A stretch of DNA of 64,000 nucleotides from an uncultured Rhodothermaceae bacterium (GCA_964525535.1 CAZGHT010000012.1:3040-67039), one strand, 5' to 3'; shown: positions 1 through 10,697, counted from the stretch's first letter. The notes: generated by a model not told the origin, from the letters alone. A program made the numbers and translations.

Positions 1-423
1 CTACAGCAATAATGCTATCCATGATTAATTACAGAATATTGAGATGAGCTGGAAGACACCTCGGGCGTCTTTGGGCAAGGAAGAAGGGTACCTCAGCGTC
101 AACAGCTACGGATGAGAATTACTACGAACTCGAAGAAGACCGGCCAGATGAAGCCTGCCCATCATATCCGATGTATCGACGTCCGAGGGTTCATCATAAA
201 CGGGAAAAGCGATTCGAACCCACTCCACGCCATGCGCTCGCTTTGGGTAAATACGACGCTCTCCGCCCTATCTGGAAATGAGATTTATGAATGAACGGGA
301 CAGGAAAAAAGATGTGTCTGGCAAAACAAGCGCCCCGGCAGGATGTGAACCGGGCCATAAAAGCGCTTGCAGTATTCATATATACTCTGGGAGATAAAGT
401 TTCTGATTTTTTAATCCACCCCG

Positions 424-2835
424 TCACTTCGCATCAACGCCTTCGTTCCGGGCGAGCTGTTCGCCTCCTCCGGTCCTCAGGGCATTCCGCAGTTCATCAT
501 CGCTGGAGGCCTTATTCCAGGCCGTCACAAAATCGTCGGCATCGATGCGCTTCACGATTTCGGAGAGGAATCGAAGATGCAGCCTGGGCCTGTTTTCCGG
601 GCTGACGAGAAAGATAAACGTGGTGACGAGGTTTGCCCGGCTGTTGCCTTCAGGGGCGTTTTTTTTCTTCCGGTCGAAATGCAGGTCCTCGAAATGGATA
701 GAAACCCCGTCCTGGCATCGAACGAGGAGGAGTTCCGCAATTTTGATGTCGGGTAGCCGGAGGTGCGGGAGCGCGATCGACCGGGTGAGCGGGGAAGCGC
801 CATACCGTGCTCCTTCGAGGAATCCCCGGGCCAGGTGATCGGCCGAAACGGGCAGCCGCTGGGACAGCATCGCAGCTGCTTGTTTTACGATCTCTTTGAA
901 CGACGAGGCTTCTTCGAGGTCGAGGACGAGCGACCGTTCGACGGCGCGGTCGAAGATATCCTTGTAGTCGAACAGGTCGTCTTCACCGGCCGTCGGGGGG
1001 GTGAAGACGATGACGGTGTCTCCTATTTCGGGCTGAAAGTTTTCGAGTTCGGTGAGTATCGTCAGTTGATGGCCCCGAATCCAGAGCAGCGGGATCACGT
1101 CCTGTTCGTACTCCTCGACGACGTGGTCGTACGTCAGGTCGGGCTTGAGCGTAATGGCTTTGATCTTCCCTCCCTTTTCGTACCTGAGCGTCAGAGAGGC
1201 ATAGTCCGTGTTCTCTGAAAACAGGGGGCGCCCACGGAGGTGCATGGGCAGTTCGCTGACCAGATGCCGCTTCTGACCGGAACGCGACTGCAGCTGGTAG
1301 ACCCCGTTCGTTTCGAACACCTCTCTGAAATGAAGGGCGGCGAGCGAATTCACCTCGTCGTTTCGGGTCAGAGCGAGCAACCGGCCGATCCCACCGAGAT
1401 CCAGCTCATCGACGACCGTCTCCGAGAGGGCGTTGGCCTGCTCGGCCTCCAGGCCGGCCCGCCGGGCGATCTCGACGTTGCCCGGGTTCGAGTCGATGAC
1501 CAGCACCTTGAACTCGAGTTTCTGGAGGAGTTTAGCGATCTCCATGGCCCAGCCATGGCCCCCGAGGATGAGCACCCCTTGCGGGGAGGGCGAGGCCAGT
1601 CCCAGATAACGGGCCCAGGGCGACAGGGTGAGGCCGTATACCGCGACGGTGCCGACGATCACCAGAAACGTGATCGGCACCAGGGGCGCGACGACGTCGA
1701 TGCCGAGCACCTCCTCCAGGCGAAAGGAAAAGAGAGAGGCCACGGCGGCAGCGACGATGCCTCGCGGCGCCAGCCACGCCAGGAAGGCCCGCTCTTTCCA
1801 GTCCAGCACGGTGCCCCGGAGAGAAGCCCATACGGCAATGGGGCGGATCAACACGATGACGACGAGCAGGAAGATCCAGGCCCTGGCCGTAATGAACGAT
1901 AACGCGCCGGGTTCGATGCGAGCGCTCAGAAGGATAAACAAACAGGCAATGAGCAACACCTGCAGGTCTTCTTTGAACTCCGAGATCCTTCGAACCGAAA
2001 CCAGCTTCTGGTTGGCCAGCATGATGCCCATCAGCGTGACCGTGAGCAAGCCAGACTCGGCCTGCAACACGTTGGAGAGTTCGAAAAACCCGATAACGAG
2101 CATCAGCGCCACGGAATTGAGCAGGTAGTCGGGCACCAGCCAGCGGCGCAACACGACAACGGCGATGGCTGCCCCGGTAATGCTGAGCCCTATGCTGACG
2201 AAAAAGACCTTGAACAACCCCAGCAGGGCCTCGAAGAACGTATCGGCCAGCGACTCGTGAGCGGCCCCGTAGGACAACAAGATCCCCTCGAGGACGAGCA
2301 CCGCCAGAATCGCCCCTACCGGGTCGATCGTGATGCCTTCCCAACGAGCGATCGTCGCTACTTTGCCGCTGGGCCGGACGTGTCGTAACAGGGGGATCAC
2401 CACCGTCGGCCCTGTGACCGTGAGTATCGCGCCCAGCTGCAGGGCCATCTCGGGGGTAAAATCCAGGATGTAATACGCAGCGAGCGCACAAAGCAGCCAG
2501 GTGATCAACACCCCTACGGTGATCAAACTCACCACGGACCTTCCAATTTCTTGAAGGTCGGATACGCGCAGGCTCAAGCCCCCCTCAAATAGAATGACGC
2601 CGATGGCCAGAGATACGAAGGCGTACAACCACTCCCCGGACAGCGACTCCGGGGATAAAAAGCCGGTGACCGGGCCGGCGACGAAGCCTACCAGCAGCAG
2701 CAGCAAAATCGAGGGAATCTTGATGCGCCACGCCAGCCATTGCGCACCTATCCCGAGCACGATAACGCTTGCTATACTTATCAGGACATGTGGCTCTTCC
2801 AAAAGCGACGCACCATGATGATGAGGGAAATCCAC
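424..2835 (-). CDS. CPA1/NhaP-type cation:proton antiporter fused to TrkA_N (RCK) and C-terminal PTS EIIA-like domains
   Basis: 803-aa ORF. About 12 hydrophobic segments with ILFEGG, TGPTVV and APRGIVAAAVASLF motifs; then a Rossmann RCK-like segment (GVLILGGHGWAMEIA...LLALTRNDEVNSLA); then an EIIA-like tail with IALPH. Confidence 0.88.
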   Translation of the reverse strand: MDFPHHHGASLLEEPHVLISIASVIVLGIGAQWLAWRIKIPSILLLLLVGFVAGPVTGFLSPESLSGEWLYAFVSLAIGVILFEGGLSLRVSDLQEIGRSVVSLITVGVLITWLLCALAAYYILDFTPEMALQLGAILTVTGPTVVIPLLRHVRPSGKVATIARWEGITIDPVGAILAVLVLEGILLSYGAAHESLADTFFEALLGLFKVFFVSIGLSITGAAIAVVVLRRWLVPDYLLNSVALMLVIGFFELSNVLQAESGLLTVTLMGIMLANQKLVSVRRISEFKEDLQVLLIACLFILLSARIEPGALSFITARAWIFLLVVIVLIRPIAVWASLRGTVLDWKERAFLAWLAPRGIVAAAVASLFSFRLEEVLGIDVVAPLVPITFLVIVGTVAVYGLTLSPWARYLGLASPSPQGVLILGGHGWAMEIAKLLQKLEFKVLVIDSNPGNVEIARRAGLEAEQANALSETVVDELDLGGIGRLLALTRNDEVNSLAALHFREVFETNGVYQLQSRSGQKRHLVSELPMHLRGRPLFSENTDYASLTLRYEKGGKIKAITLKPDLTYDHVVEEYEQDVIPLLWIRGHQLTILTELENFQPEIGDTVIVFTPPTAGEDDLFDYKDIFDRAVERSLVLDLEEASSFKEIVKQAAAMLSQRLPVSADHLARGFLEGARYGASPLTRSIALPHLRLPDIKIAELLLVRCQDGVSIHFEDLHFDRKKKNAPEGNSRANLVTTFIFLVSPENRPRLHLRFLSEIVKRIDADDFVTAWNKASSDDELRNALRTGGGEQLARNEGVDAK

Positions 2836-2895
2836 GGTAGGAAGCCCCTTCTACCAGCTACGCGCTATATTGTTGTCTCTTTTTGACCGTCCCCT

Positions 2896-3900
2896 TCAAT
2901 GCGTGGACACGTTGCTTCGCATACCCGCATAGCCCTCGGGATGAGTCTGGTGCCATTCCCAGGCGCTCTTGACGATCGCCTCGAGGCTCGAAAAGCGCGG
3001 CTCCCAGCCGAGTTCTTCCCGAATCTTACGACTGCCGGCAACCAGTGTGGCCGGATCGCCCGGCCGTCGGGGGCCTACTTCAGCCGGGATGGGATGACCG
3101 GTAACCCGGCGTGCCGTCTCGATCACCTGTTTTACGCTGAATCCTTCGCCGTTGCCTAGATTATAGGTACGGCTTTTCTCCTCGAGTGCGTCGAGCGCCA
3201 GCAGATGCGCCTGGGCGAGGTCGAGGATATGCACGTAATCGCGCACACACGTGCCATCCGGCGTATCGTAATCGTCGCCATAAATCACCACACGCTCTCG
3301 TTGCCCGAGGGCAACCTGAAGCACGATAGGGATGAGGTGGGTCTCGGGATCGTGGTCCTCGCCGTGATGCATCGACACCGCGCCGCACGCGTTGAAATAC
3401 CGGAGGGCGGCATATTTCAATCCATGGATGCGGTCCATCCAGTAGAGCAGGCGCTCCAGGATGTATTTCGATTCGCCGTAAGGGCTCCCCGGGTGTATGG
3501 GCGCCGTATCCGTGATCGGCATCTCTTCGGGGATACCGAACAGGTTTGCCGTCGAGGAAAGGATAAATTTGCGTATGTCGAGGTCGACGGCACACTCGAT
3601 GAGGTTCAGCCCGTTCGTAACATTGTCTCTGAGGTACAAGAACGGGCGCTGCATGGATTCGCCGACGAGCGTGTGCGACGCGAAGTGCATGATGGCATCC
3701 GGCCTGTGCTCAGCGAGCGTTTTTTTGAGCGCGTCTTTGTCCGCCAGGTCTCCCTCGACAAAGCTCGCCCCATCGGGTACGGTCTCCCGATGCCCCTGGT
3801 ACAGATTATCGAAAACGATCACGTCGTCTCCTCTGCCGATCAGTGTATTCACTACGGCACTTCCGATGTATCCGGCTCCACCTGTTACAAATACGTTCAT
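2896..3900 (-). CDS. galE: UDP-glucose 4-epimerase
   Basis: [19 protein letters not shown] (YxxxK), [23 protein letters not shown] motifs. Start placed at ATG 3900; the ORF track extends to 3930. Confidence 0.92.
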   Translation of the reverse strand: MNVFVTGGAGYIGSAVVNTLIGRGDDVIVFDNLYQGHRETVPDGASFVEGDLADKDALKKTLAEHRPDAIMHFASHTLVGESMQRPFLYLRDNVTNGLNLIECAVDLDIRKFILSSTANLFGIPEEMPITDTAPIHPGSPYGESKYILERLLYWMDRIHGLKYAALRYFNACGAVSMHHGEDHDPETHLIPIVLQVALGQRERVVIYGDDYDTPDGTCVRDYVHILDLAQAHLLALDALEEKSRTYNLGNGEGFSVKQVIETARRVTGHPIPAEVGPRRPGDPATLVAGSRKIREELGWEPRFSSLEAIVKSAWEWHQTHPEGYAGMRSNVSTH

Positions 3901-4032
3901 AGATTCGTTTTTCCCTTTAGAGATGCCCATCTGGCTTGATGATGATTCTGAACTATGATTCTATCGTAACGGGATGCGCTACATCCGAGAACGGGGGTAC
4001 GACGCCGGGCTCCTTTCGGTGCGAGGCCGGCC

Positions 4033-5214
4033 TTATCGGACCGAGAAACGGTATATCGTAGTGGATCGAAACGTGTCCCCCGGGGTAAGCACGGTCGACG
4101 GGTAGTCCGGCCGGTTGGGCGAATCGGGAAAGTGTTGCGTCTCCAGACAGAGGGCGGACCGCTTCGCATAGGCGACCTCTCCCCGGCCGACGTAGGTCCC
4201 ATCGAGGTGGTTTCCCGTATACAACTGCACGCCGGGCTGATCGGTGAGCACCTCCATGAAGCGTCCGGACGTAGGATCGTAGACTTCAGCGGCGAGCTGC
4301 AGCCCATCCCCATCGCGATTGATCACGTAGGTATGGTCGTACCCGTAGCCGTTCTCGATCTGTTCGTCCTCCGCCTCGATCCGTGAGCCGATGGGCGTCG
4401 GCGTCCTGAAGTCGAACACGGTGCCCTCGACGCTTCGGAGCTCGCCCAGTGGGATGTTCGTTTCGTCTGTTGGTATGAAGCGGTCAGCCGGGAGGCGCAA
4501 TTCGTGATCCATGGCGGAGGACTCGCCGCCGTCTTTGAGGTTGAAATAGGTGTGGTTGGTCAGGTTCAGGATCGTCGGCGCGTCGGTGGTCGCTTCGTAG
4601 TCGATTCTGAGGCTGTTATCGTCGAGCAGGGTATAGGAGACCGTAACCGAGAGAGTACCCGGATAACCTTCCTCACCGTCGGGGCTGACGTAGGTCAGCC
4701 TCACCCCGGGACTCCCCTCTTCGGAGAACGAGTCGGCCTCCCACCGTTTTTTGTCGAAGCCCTCGAGGCCGCCGTGCAGGTGATTCGGGCCGTTGTTGGT
4801 AGCCAGCGTATAGGTCTCGCCGTTCAGCGTGAACTGCCCCTTTGCGATGCGGTTGGCGTACCGGCCGGTGATGCACCCGAAATAAGGGCTGCCTTCCAGG
4901 TAGGTGCTGAGCGAGTCATACCCGAGGGCAACTTCACCGGGTGTCCCCTCCCGGTCCGGCACGCGAATAGAGGTAATGATGCCTCCATAGTTGGTGATCT
5001 TCACGGTCATGCCGGAGGCATTTTCGAGCGTAAACAATGAAACGGGACGGCCGTCCGGCATTTCACCAAAAGGTTCTTCTAAAGCCATGTTGACAGTTTC
5101 AAGGTTCGAGGGATCGTCGTTCGGAGCGCTCTGATCCGATTGATCCTGGCAGCCTGCACTCAGGAGGAGCGCCAATGCCGACAATCGAGCCAGAAGGGTA
5201 TAGAATGAATGCAT
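4033..5214 (-). CDS. galM: Aldose 1-epimerase (mutarotase), predicted lipoprotein
   Basis: GRYANRI, NHLHGG, NLTNHTYFNL, CLETQHFPDSPN motifs; N-terminal signal ending LSAGC. Confidence 0.92.
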   Translation of the reverse strand: MHSFYTLLARLSALALLLSAGCQDQSDQSAPNDDPSNLETVNMALEEPFGEMPDGRPVSLFTLENASGMTVKITNYGGIITSIRVPDREGTPGEVALGYDSLSTYLEGSPYFGCITGRYANRIAKGQFTLNGETYTLATNNGPNHLHGGLEGFDKKRWEADSFSEEGSPGVRLTYVSPDGEEGYPGTLSVTVSYTLLDDNSLRIDYEATTDAPTILNLTNHTYFNLKDGGESSAMDHELRLPADRFIPTDETNIPLGELRSVEGTVFDFRTPTPIGSRIEAEDEQIENGYGYDHTYVINRDGDGLQLAAEVYDPTSGRFMEVLTDQPGVQLYTGNHLDGTYVGRGEVAYAKRSALCLETQHFPDSPNRPDYPSTVLTPGDTFRSTTIYRFSVR

Positions 5215-5277
5215 GATAAAAGGCCTCGTTTGAGGGTTTCGGATAGGCTTTAGTATACGTCACGTCGAGGAATCCGT

Positions 5278-5862
5278 CTACCCTTCCACCAGCAATACCC
5301 GCAACGATCGAGGGCCGTGCGCCCCGAGCACCAGGGACTGTTCGATGTCGGCCGTCTTCGAGGGGCCGGCGATGAACACCCCGAACCCATTCTCGGACAC
5401 ATCCAGCCGGTCGTACGCATCGTGCATGTCGCTCACGATGGCGGATGGGTCCAGAAGGATCACCAGGTGCTGGGCGATGAACGGGGCCACGCGGAACACG
5501 ATGCGTTGCTCGGGCACCCAGATAGCCCCGTTTTCGGCTACGCCGAGCACGCCTTCGCAAACGAAGACGTCCAGGGCCTCGAGCGCCTCAGGGGCCTCGA
5601 CCTCATCCAGGTTCATCGTCCCTCGATATGCGGACACCACCGACGCGGTTAGAGCGGCGGCGGGATACCGTTCGGCGATTACGCGGCCAACGTCAGCGCG
5701 GTCGACCGCCTCGACTGCGCCGCCGACGTTGGCCACCATGCTCATGAAGCGGTCGTAAAGATCGGCCGGCTTCGATCGCTTCAGGTCGGTCCACAGGGGC
5801 AGGTCCATGGCCGGGGGTTTGTTGCGCCTGATGGCGGCTAAGATGCGGGTTTTATCATCCAT
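5278..5862 (-). CDS. lutC: Lactate utilization protein C (LUD domain, YkgG-like)
   Basis: GVAENGAIW, FIAGPSKTADIEQSLVLGAHGP; overlaps the end of lutB. Confidence 0.88.
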   Translation of the reverse strand: MDDKTRILAAIRRNKPPAMDLPLWTDLKRSKPADLYDRFMSMVANVGGAVEAVDRADVGRVIAERYPAAALTASVVSAYRGTMNLDEVEAPEALEALDVFVCEGVLGVAENGAIWVPEQRIVFRVAPFIAQHLVILLDPSAIVSDMHDAYDRLDVSENGFGVFIAGPSKTADIEQSLVLGAHGPRSLRVLLVEG

Positions 5863-7261
5863 GGGTCACCCGATTTCTGATATACCAGTCCCGGAAGCTC
5901 TCGGGCGGAGGGGCCGGCAGTTCTCGATGGCGGCCCCACACGTTCTTTTTGCGGTACAGCAGCCATCGGGGCATCTTTCGCAACATCCATCGTACGAGCC
6001 GGCCGGCCTTGCGATACCGTTCTGGATCGCTGAACACATGGCCGGCGGCCCGCATCATCCATCTTTCCCCTCTGCTGGCATGGCCTTCTCGGACGACGAT
6101 CTGCCTCCATTTGTACAGCTGGGTATGAATATCGATTTTCACCGGACAGACGTCGCTGCAAGACCCACACAACGTGGACGCGAACGGCAGGCTGCCGTAT
6201 TTCTCCAGATCGAAGCCGGGGGCCAAAATGGCTCCTATGGGCCCCGGCACCGTGGACCCATAACTGTGTCCACCGCTTCTCCGGTAGATGGGGCACGTAT
6301 TCATGCACGCGCCGCAGCGAATGCATTTGAGCGAATCTCGAAAGTCTGGCCGGCCCAACTGGTCCGTTCGGCCGTTGTCGACCAGAATAATGTGGATCTC
6401 GCCTCCGGGGCGCGGCCTGTGGAAATGCGAAGAATATACGGTGATGGGCTGCCCCGTCGCACTTCGTGCGAGCAGGCGCAAAAACACGCTCAAGTGCTTT
6501 GCCGTGGGAATAACTTTCTCGATGCCCATCGACGCAATGTGAAGGTTCTGGGTATGGACCCCCATGTCGGCATTGCCTTCGTTCGTACAGATGACGAATC
6601 CTCCGGTCTCGGCAATGGCGAAGTTCACTCCCGTAATCGCGGCGTCGGCATTCAAAAAGCGCGCCCTCAGATGACGACGTGCCGCTTCCGTGAGATACGC
6701 CGGCTCACTGACGCCTTCTTGGGTGTCGAGATGTTTTTGAAATAATGCGCCGACCTCTTCTTTTTTCATGTGGATGGCCGGCAGTACGATATGGCTCGGG
6801 GTATCGCGGGCAAGCTGGACGATCCGCTCGCCGAGATCGGTATCGACGACCTCGATCCCCTGCTGTTCGAGGAAATCATTGAGCCCGCACTCCTCGGTCA
6901 GCATCGACTTGCTCTTGACGATTCGTTCGACCTTGCGGCTCGCCAGGATTTCGTGGACGATCCGGTTGTGCGTTTCCGCATCTGTCGCCCAGTGGACGTG
7001 CAGCCCGTTTTGCGTGGCCGCGCGCTCAAACGCCTCCAGATAGGTATCCAGATGGGCCAGGGTATGCGCTTTGATACCTGAAGCGAGGTCACGGAGTATT
7101 TCCCATTCGGGAACGTCCATGCTGGCACGGTCTCGTTTGGCGCGGACGTACCACAAGGTTTCGTCGTGCCAGTTCGTCCGATCGGTATTCTGAACGAAAG
7201 CGGCTGCTTCGGCGGCGTGGTCGACAACGTGTCGTGCGTGTTTGTGGGTCATAGGATTCAC
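5855..7261 (-). CDS. lutB: Lactate utilization protein B (Fe-S, YkgF-like)
   Basis: KSKSMLTEE, DTDLGE, CIRCGACMNTCP and STLCGSCSDVCPVKI ferredoxin-type motifs. Confidence 0.92.
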   Translation of the reverse strand: MNPMTHKHARHVVDHAAEAAAFVQNTDRTNWHDETLWYVRAKRDRASMDVPEWEILRDLASGIKAHTLAHLDTYLEAFERAATQNGLHVHWATDAETHNRIVHEILASRKVERIVKSKSMLTEECGLNDFLEQQGIEVVDTDLGERIVQLARDTPSHIVLPAIHMKKEEVGALFQKHLDTQEGVSEPAYLTEAARRHLRARFLNADAAITGVNFAIAETGGFVICTNEGNADMGVHTQNLHIASMGIEKVIPTAKHLSVFLRLLARSATGQPITVYSSHFHRPRPGGEIHIILVDNGRTDQLGRPDFRDSLKCIRCGACMNTCPIYRRSGGHSYGSTVPGPIGAILAPGFDLEKYGSLPFASTLCGSCSDVCPVKIDIHTQLYKWRQIVVREGHASRGERWMMRAAGHVFSDPERYRKAGRLVRWMLRKMPRWLLYRKKNVWGRHRELPAPPPESFRDWYIRNRVTHG

Positions 7262-8007
7262 CGGGACGGATCGCCAGATAAAACGGTCGACAGAATTTCG
7301 GCCACATGCAAGACTTTTACCGGAATCTTCTCTCTACGGATGATACCGTCCAGATGCATCAAACAGGACATATCCGAGCTGGTGACGACCTCTGCTTTGT
7401 GGGTCATGTGGTCCTGGATTCGATCCAGGCCCATCTTTAGCGAAATAGCCTCCTCCGTGACGGCAAACGTACCGCCGAAGCCACAACATTCGTCGCTGCG
7501 GCGCAGCTTCACGAGATCGAGGCCCTGGATCGTCGAGAGCAACGAAGCCGGCTTATTGAAGGCCGGTTCGTTCAGTTCCGTGGCCTTGCCCAGGCGCAAG
7601 CCCCTGAGGCCGTGACAGCTTTCGTGAAGCCCTACCCTGTAGCGGAACGTCCCGGGAAAACCCTGGACGTCCAGGACATCTACGAGAAACTCGCACAGTT
7701 CGTATACCCGATCGCTGAACGGCGACCGATCGTCCTCGACGGTATCTACGTGCTCGCGGACGTGGAGCACACAGCTTCCCGACGGGGCGACGATGTAATC
7801 GTACGGGCTGAAATTTTCTGCAAACAATTGCATCGTCTCTTCACTGTCGCCCTCGAAGCCGGCGTTCGCCATCGGCTGCCCGCAACAGGTCTGCTCGAGC
7901 GGAAACGCTACATTACATCCAAGCTTTTCAAGGACATTCAACGCAGCAATACCCACGTGGGGAAACAGGTGATCGATATAGCAGGGAATAAATAATGCGA
8001 CGCGCAT
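7258..8007 (-). CDS. lutA: Lactate utilization protein A (CCG-domain Fe-S, YkgE-like)
   Basis: LFIPCYID, QTCCGQP, ECCGFGGTF motifs; ATGA overlap with lutB. Confidence 0.9.
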   Translation of the reverse strand: MRVALFIPCYIDHLFPHVGIAALNVLEKLGCNVAFPLEQTCCGQPMANAGFEGDSEETMQLFAENFSPYDYIVAPSGSCVLHVREHVDTVEDDRSPFSDRVYELCEFLVDVLDVQGFPGTFRYRVGLHESCHGLRGLRLGKATELNEPAFNKPASLLSTIQGLDLVKLRRSDECCGFGGTFAVTEEAISLKMGLDRIQDHMTHKAEVVTSSDMSCLMHLDGIIRREKIPVKVLHVAEILSTVLSGDPSR

Positions 8008-8064
8008 TGGTATCGTGGCGGGAAGATCGCTGAATCACAGGTGTTACGCAGTCATAAGATACGA

Positions 8065-8940
8065 TCACAGGATGCGGATGGAAACGCCTGTCGACAACAC
8101 CTGTTTGAGCTGGACTTCGTCGATGATGTCGACATCGTAGAAAGCCACGAATTCAAAATTCACCGTTAGCCAGGCATTAACCTGCATGGTCACAAGGTTT
8201 TCCCATCGTATGTCGGGTTTGTCGATCTGGCCGAAGGCGCCAAACACGTTCAGGGTCGACTTCAGGTTAACATTTTCGACGACATCCCGGTTGAGCTTCA
8301 ACGTGGTGTCGAATCCCGGTTCAAACCGTACGGCCTCATCCGGATCGTTCCCGAAGTCTTCTCTGAACCGCTCGATGCTCACGACGGTCTCTTTAGCTGC
8401 GACACCCATCAACCAGGTAAACCATTCGCGGGGTTCGTACGTGAAGCCTATAGTCTGGGTCAGCACGGCCGGTGCGAAGAAGGCAGACACCTTGGTGGGA
8501 GGATCCGTGTCGTAATCGAAACCTTCTGCGAACTGGGTACGCAACGTAGCCGACAACGTGGGCTGCCATTGCGCGAGGCTCGTCTCGTTCTTGAATTGCA
8601 GCACGGCGCCCAGGCGGATGATGTCGTCCGCCTTGCGAACGTCGAGCGTGTCCTGCTTGAGGGCCCCGATGGCGAAGCGGGCCTCGTATTTCTGAACCCA
8701 GTTGGGCGTCGTACGCGTGGCGGCGCCGTCCAGGCTGGCTGTGAAAGCGAGCGAATTGATTCCCCCTTCTACCCAGTTGTCGTAAGAGGCCTGGCTCCCC
8801 GCCAGGATGGCTTTCAGGTCGGTATTCCAGTCCGAGGTGTCGGCCGGCGCTTCCTGGCCATACGCCGCCCAAGGGACTATACAACCGAACAAACCCAGGA
8901 AGAACGTGATTTTTTTTACCTGTAACAGGAAGGACTTCAT
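8065..8940 (-). CDS. DUF3078-like outer-membrane beta-barrel protein
   Basis: Signal peptide; SQASYDNWVEGG, LRTQFAEGFDY, SAFFAPA, C-terminal VQLKQVLSTG. Confidence 0.75.
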   Translation of the reverse strand: MKSFLLQVKKITFFLGLFGCIVPWAAYGQEAPADTSDWNTDLKAILAGSQASYDNWVEGGINSLAFTASLDGAATRTTPNWVQKYEARFAIGALKQDTLDVRKADDIIRLGAVLQFKNETSLAQWQPTLSATLRTQFAEGFDYDTDPPTKVSAFFAPAVLTQTIGFTYEPREWFTWLMGVAAKETVVSIERFREDFGNDPDEAVRFEPGFDTTLKLNRDVVENVNLKSTLNVFGAFGQIDKPDIRWENLVTMQVNAWLTVNFEFVAFYDVDIIDEVQLKQVLSTGVSIRIL

Positions 8941-9034
8941 AACATCGTAGCTTTTTTATCAGGGGGTGCGAGAAGGGTCCAGACGGCGGAATGCAGGCCG
9001 GGCTTCATGAATGGAGCTTTTTTCGGGTACACGT

Positions 9035-9427
9035 CTATTTTCCGTACACGTCAGCCGGGTCGAATACCTGCTCGCCGACATCGACGAGCTCACCGTCCTC
9101 GAACTTCCGATAGAAACAAGACACCTTTCCGGTATGGCAGGCGGCACGGCCTATCTGTTCGACCAAAAACAGCAGTACGTCCCCGTCGCAATCGATATAC
9201 ATGTCCTTGACGAGCTGCGTGTTGCCGCTGCTTTCCCCTTTCACCCAGACTTTGTTACGCGACCGGCTCCAGTAGGTCATGATACCGGTCTCTACCGTTT
9301 GACGGACGGTCGCTTCGTTCATATAGGCCGCCATGAGCACCTGCCGGGTGTCATGATCCTGTGCGATCGCCATTACGAGTCCGTCGGCATTGTATTTGAT
9401 CTGACTCAATAAGGGGTTGAGATTCAT
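9035..9427 (-). CDS. hisI: Phosphoribosyl-AMP cyclohydrolase
   Basis: YWSRSR, WVKGESSGNTQ, DCDGD, ACHTGKVSCF motifs. Confidence 0.93.
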   Translation of the reverse strand: MNLNPLLSQIKYNADGLVMAIAQDHDTRQVLMAAYMNEATVRQTVETGIMTYWSRSRNKVWVKGESSGNTQLVKDMYIDCDGDVLLFLVEQIGRAACHTGKVSCFYRKFEDGELVDVGEQVFDPADVYGK

Positions 9428-9519
9428 ACGAGTATACGTTGTTCAATGGGCCGTAAACGGATACGATTACCCCGTTTTCTCGTTCTAGTTGCATCCCAAG
9501 GTAGCAGGATTTTTTTTCA

Positions 9520-10260
9520 ATGATGACGAAGAAATGTCTGATTTTTGTCGTTTTGTGCCTGAGCTCCGCCGGTACTTCGTTCTCCTTTGACGTCGACCCC
9601 GAAGAAATTCAGCGACGTCTTTCCTCGTTGGAGCCCATGGACATGGACGAAGTGCTCTGGCTGGCGCGATGCATCTATTCGGAAAGCGATCGGGCGGATG
9701 AACGAAGGCTCGTCGCCTGGGTGGTTCGAAACCGGGTCGAGACCCGCTATCGTGGCGATACGTACCGGGAGGTGGTCCTCGAGCCCTTGCAGTTCAGCGC
9801 CTTCAACGCCCCTTCCCCGCGAAGGACGTACCTGCTCAGCCTGGATCAGCATTCGACGACCGAGAGCTGGCTCGGAGCGCTGGACATCGCGCTGGAGGTG
9901 TACAAGGCCGACCCCGCCCATCGACCGATATCGCTCGAGACGCGCCACTTCTACAGCCCCGTCTCCATGGACGGCGGCAAGGCGCCACCCTGGGCGGAGC
10001 AGGCCGAACCGGTCGCCCCCGACCCGTTGGGCATCGATCCCCGGCGATTTCTGTTCTACGAGGACATCGATGAGGCGGCAGACCCCTATTCGTTCGTCGC
10101 CTCAGGGCATACACCCGGGGATCACATCGACACGTACCAGAAAAAAACGAGGGAACGACTTCGGCCCTCGGCCAGAAAATCATCACTCAGAGATCGATGG
10201 AAGCCGAGCGGACGCGTATACCGCCCCGCCCGCCCGGGCGCCCTACGGCCCAGGCGATAA
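9520..10260 (+). CDS. SleB/Hydrolase_2-like cell wall hydrolase with signal peptide and Arg-rich C-terminal tail
   Basis: WLARCIYSES (putative catalytic Glu), VAWVVRNRV, EVVLEPLQFSAFN, RHFYSP. Confidence 0.8.
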   Translation: MMTKKCLIFVVLCLSSAGTSFSFDVDPEEIQRRLSSLEPMDMDEVLWLARCIYSESDRADERRLVAWVVRNRVETRYRGDTYREVVLEPLQFSAFNAPSPRRTYLLSLDQHSTTESWLGALDIALEVYKADPAHRPISLETRHFYSPVSMDGGKAPPWAEQAEPVAPDPLGIDPRRFLFYEDIDEAADPYSFVASGHTPGDHIDTYQKKTRERLRPSARKSSLRDRWKPSGRVYRPARPGALRPRR

Positions 10261-10420
10261 GAGCCTCATCCTGGATACGGCTCCACGGCCGGTCCGGCAT
10301 TCGAAGGGGATCCTTCTCCAAAGGAACGATTCAGCGATTGTATGATTGGAAAGGGTAGACCGTCGCTGACCCATCCGCTCTTCAGGGCGGCAACCCTTTC
10401 GTACACACCGGGTGTGCCTG

Positions 10421-10687
10421 ATGCTTCGAGAACTGCTTACGATTCCCCGGCGCGTTGCGATTCTCCTCGTCCGCGCCTACCAGCGGTTTATTTCACCGCT
10501 TTTTCCTCCTTCGTGCCGGTACATTCCTTCCTGCTCCGAGTATGCTGTCGAGGCGCTGAACAAGTACGGGTTTTTCAAAGGCCTCGTACTGGCCGCCTAT
10601 CGCATTCTGCGATGCAATCCCTGGGGCGGTCACGGCTACGACCCGCCCCGGTGGTTCGACGAACCAAAAAGCGAACGACACACATGA
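10421..10687 (+). CDS. yidD: Membrane protein insertion efficiency factor
   Basis: [33 protein letters not shown]; ATG at 10421. Confidence 0.92.
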   Translation: MLRELLTIPRRVAILLVRAYQRFISPLFPPSCRYIPSCSEYAVEALNKYGFFKGLVLAAYRILRCNPWGGHGYDPPRWFDEPKSERHT

Positions 10688-10697
10688 GTCACGAGGC

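Noticed and set aside
1-423. ORFs 112-294, 194-427 and 291-605 at the window start
   Set aside because: No recognisable motifs and partial overlap with the antiporter; a gene remnant cannot be excluded without flanking sequence.
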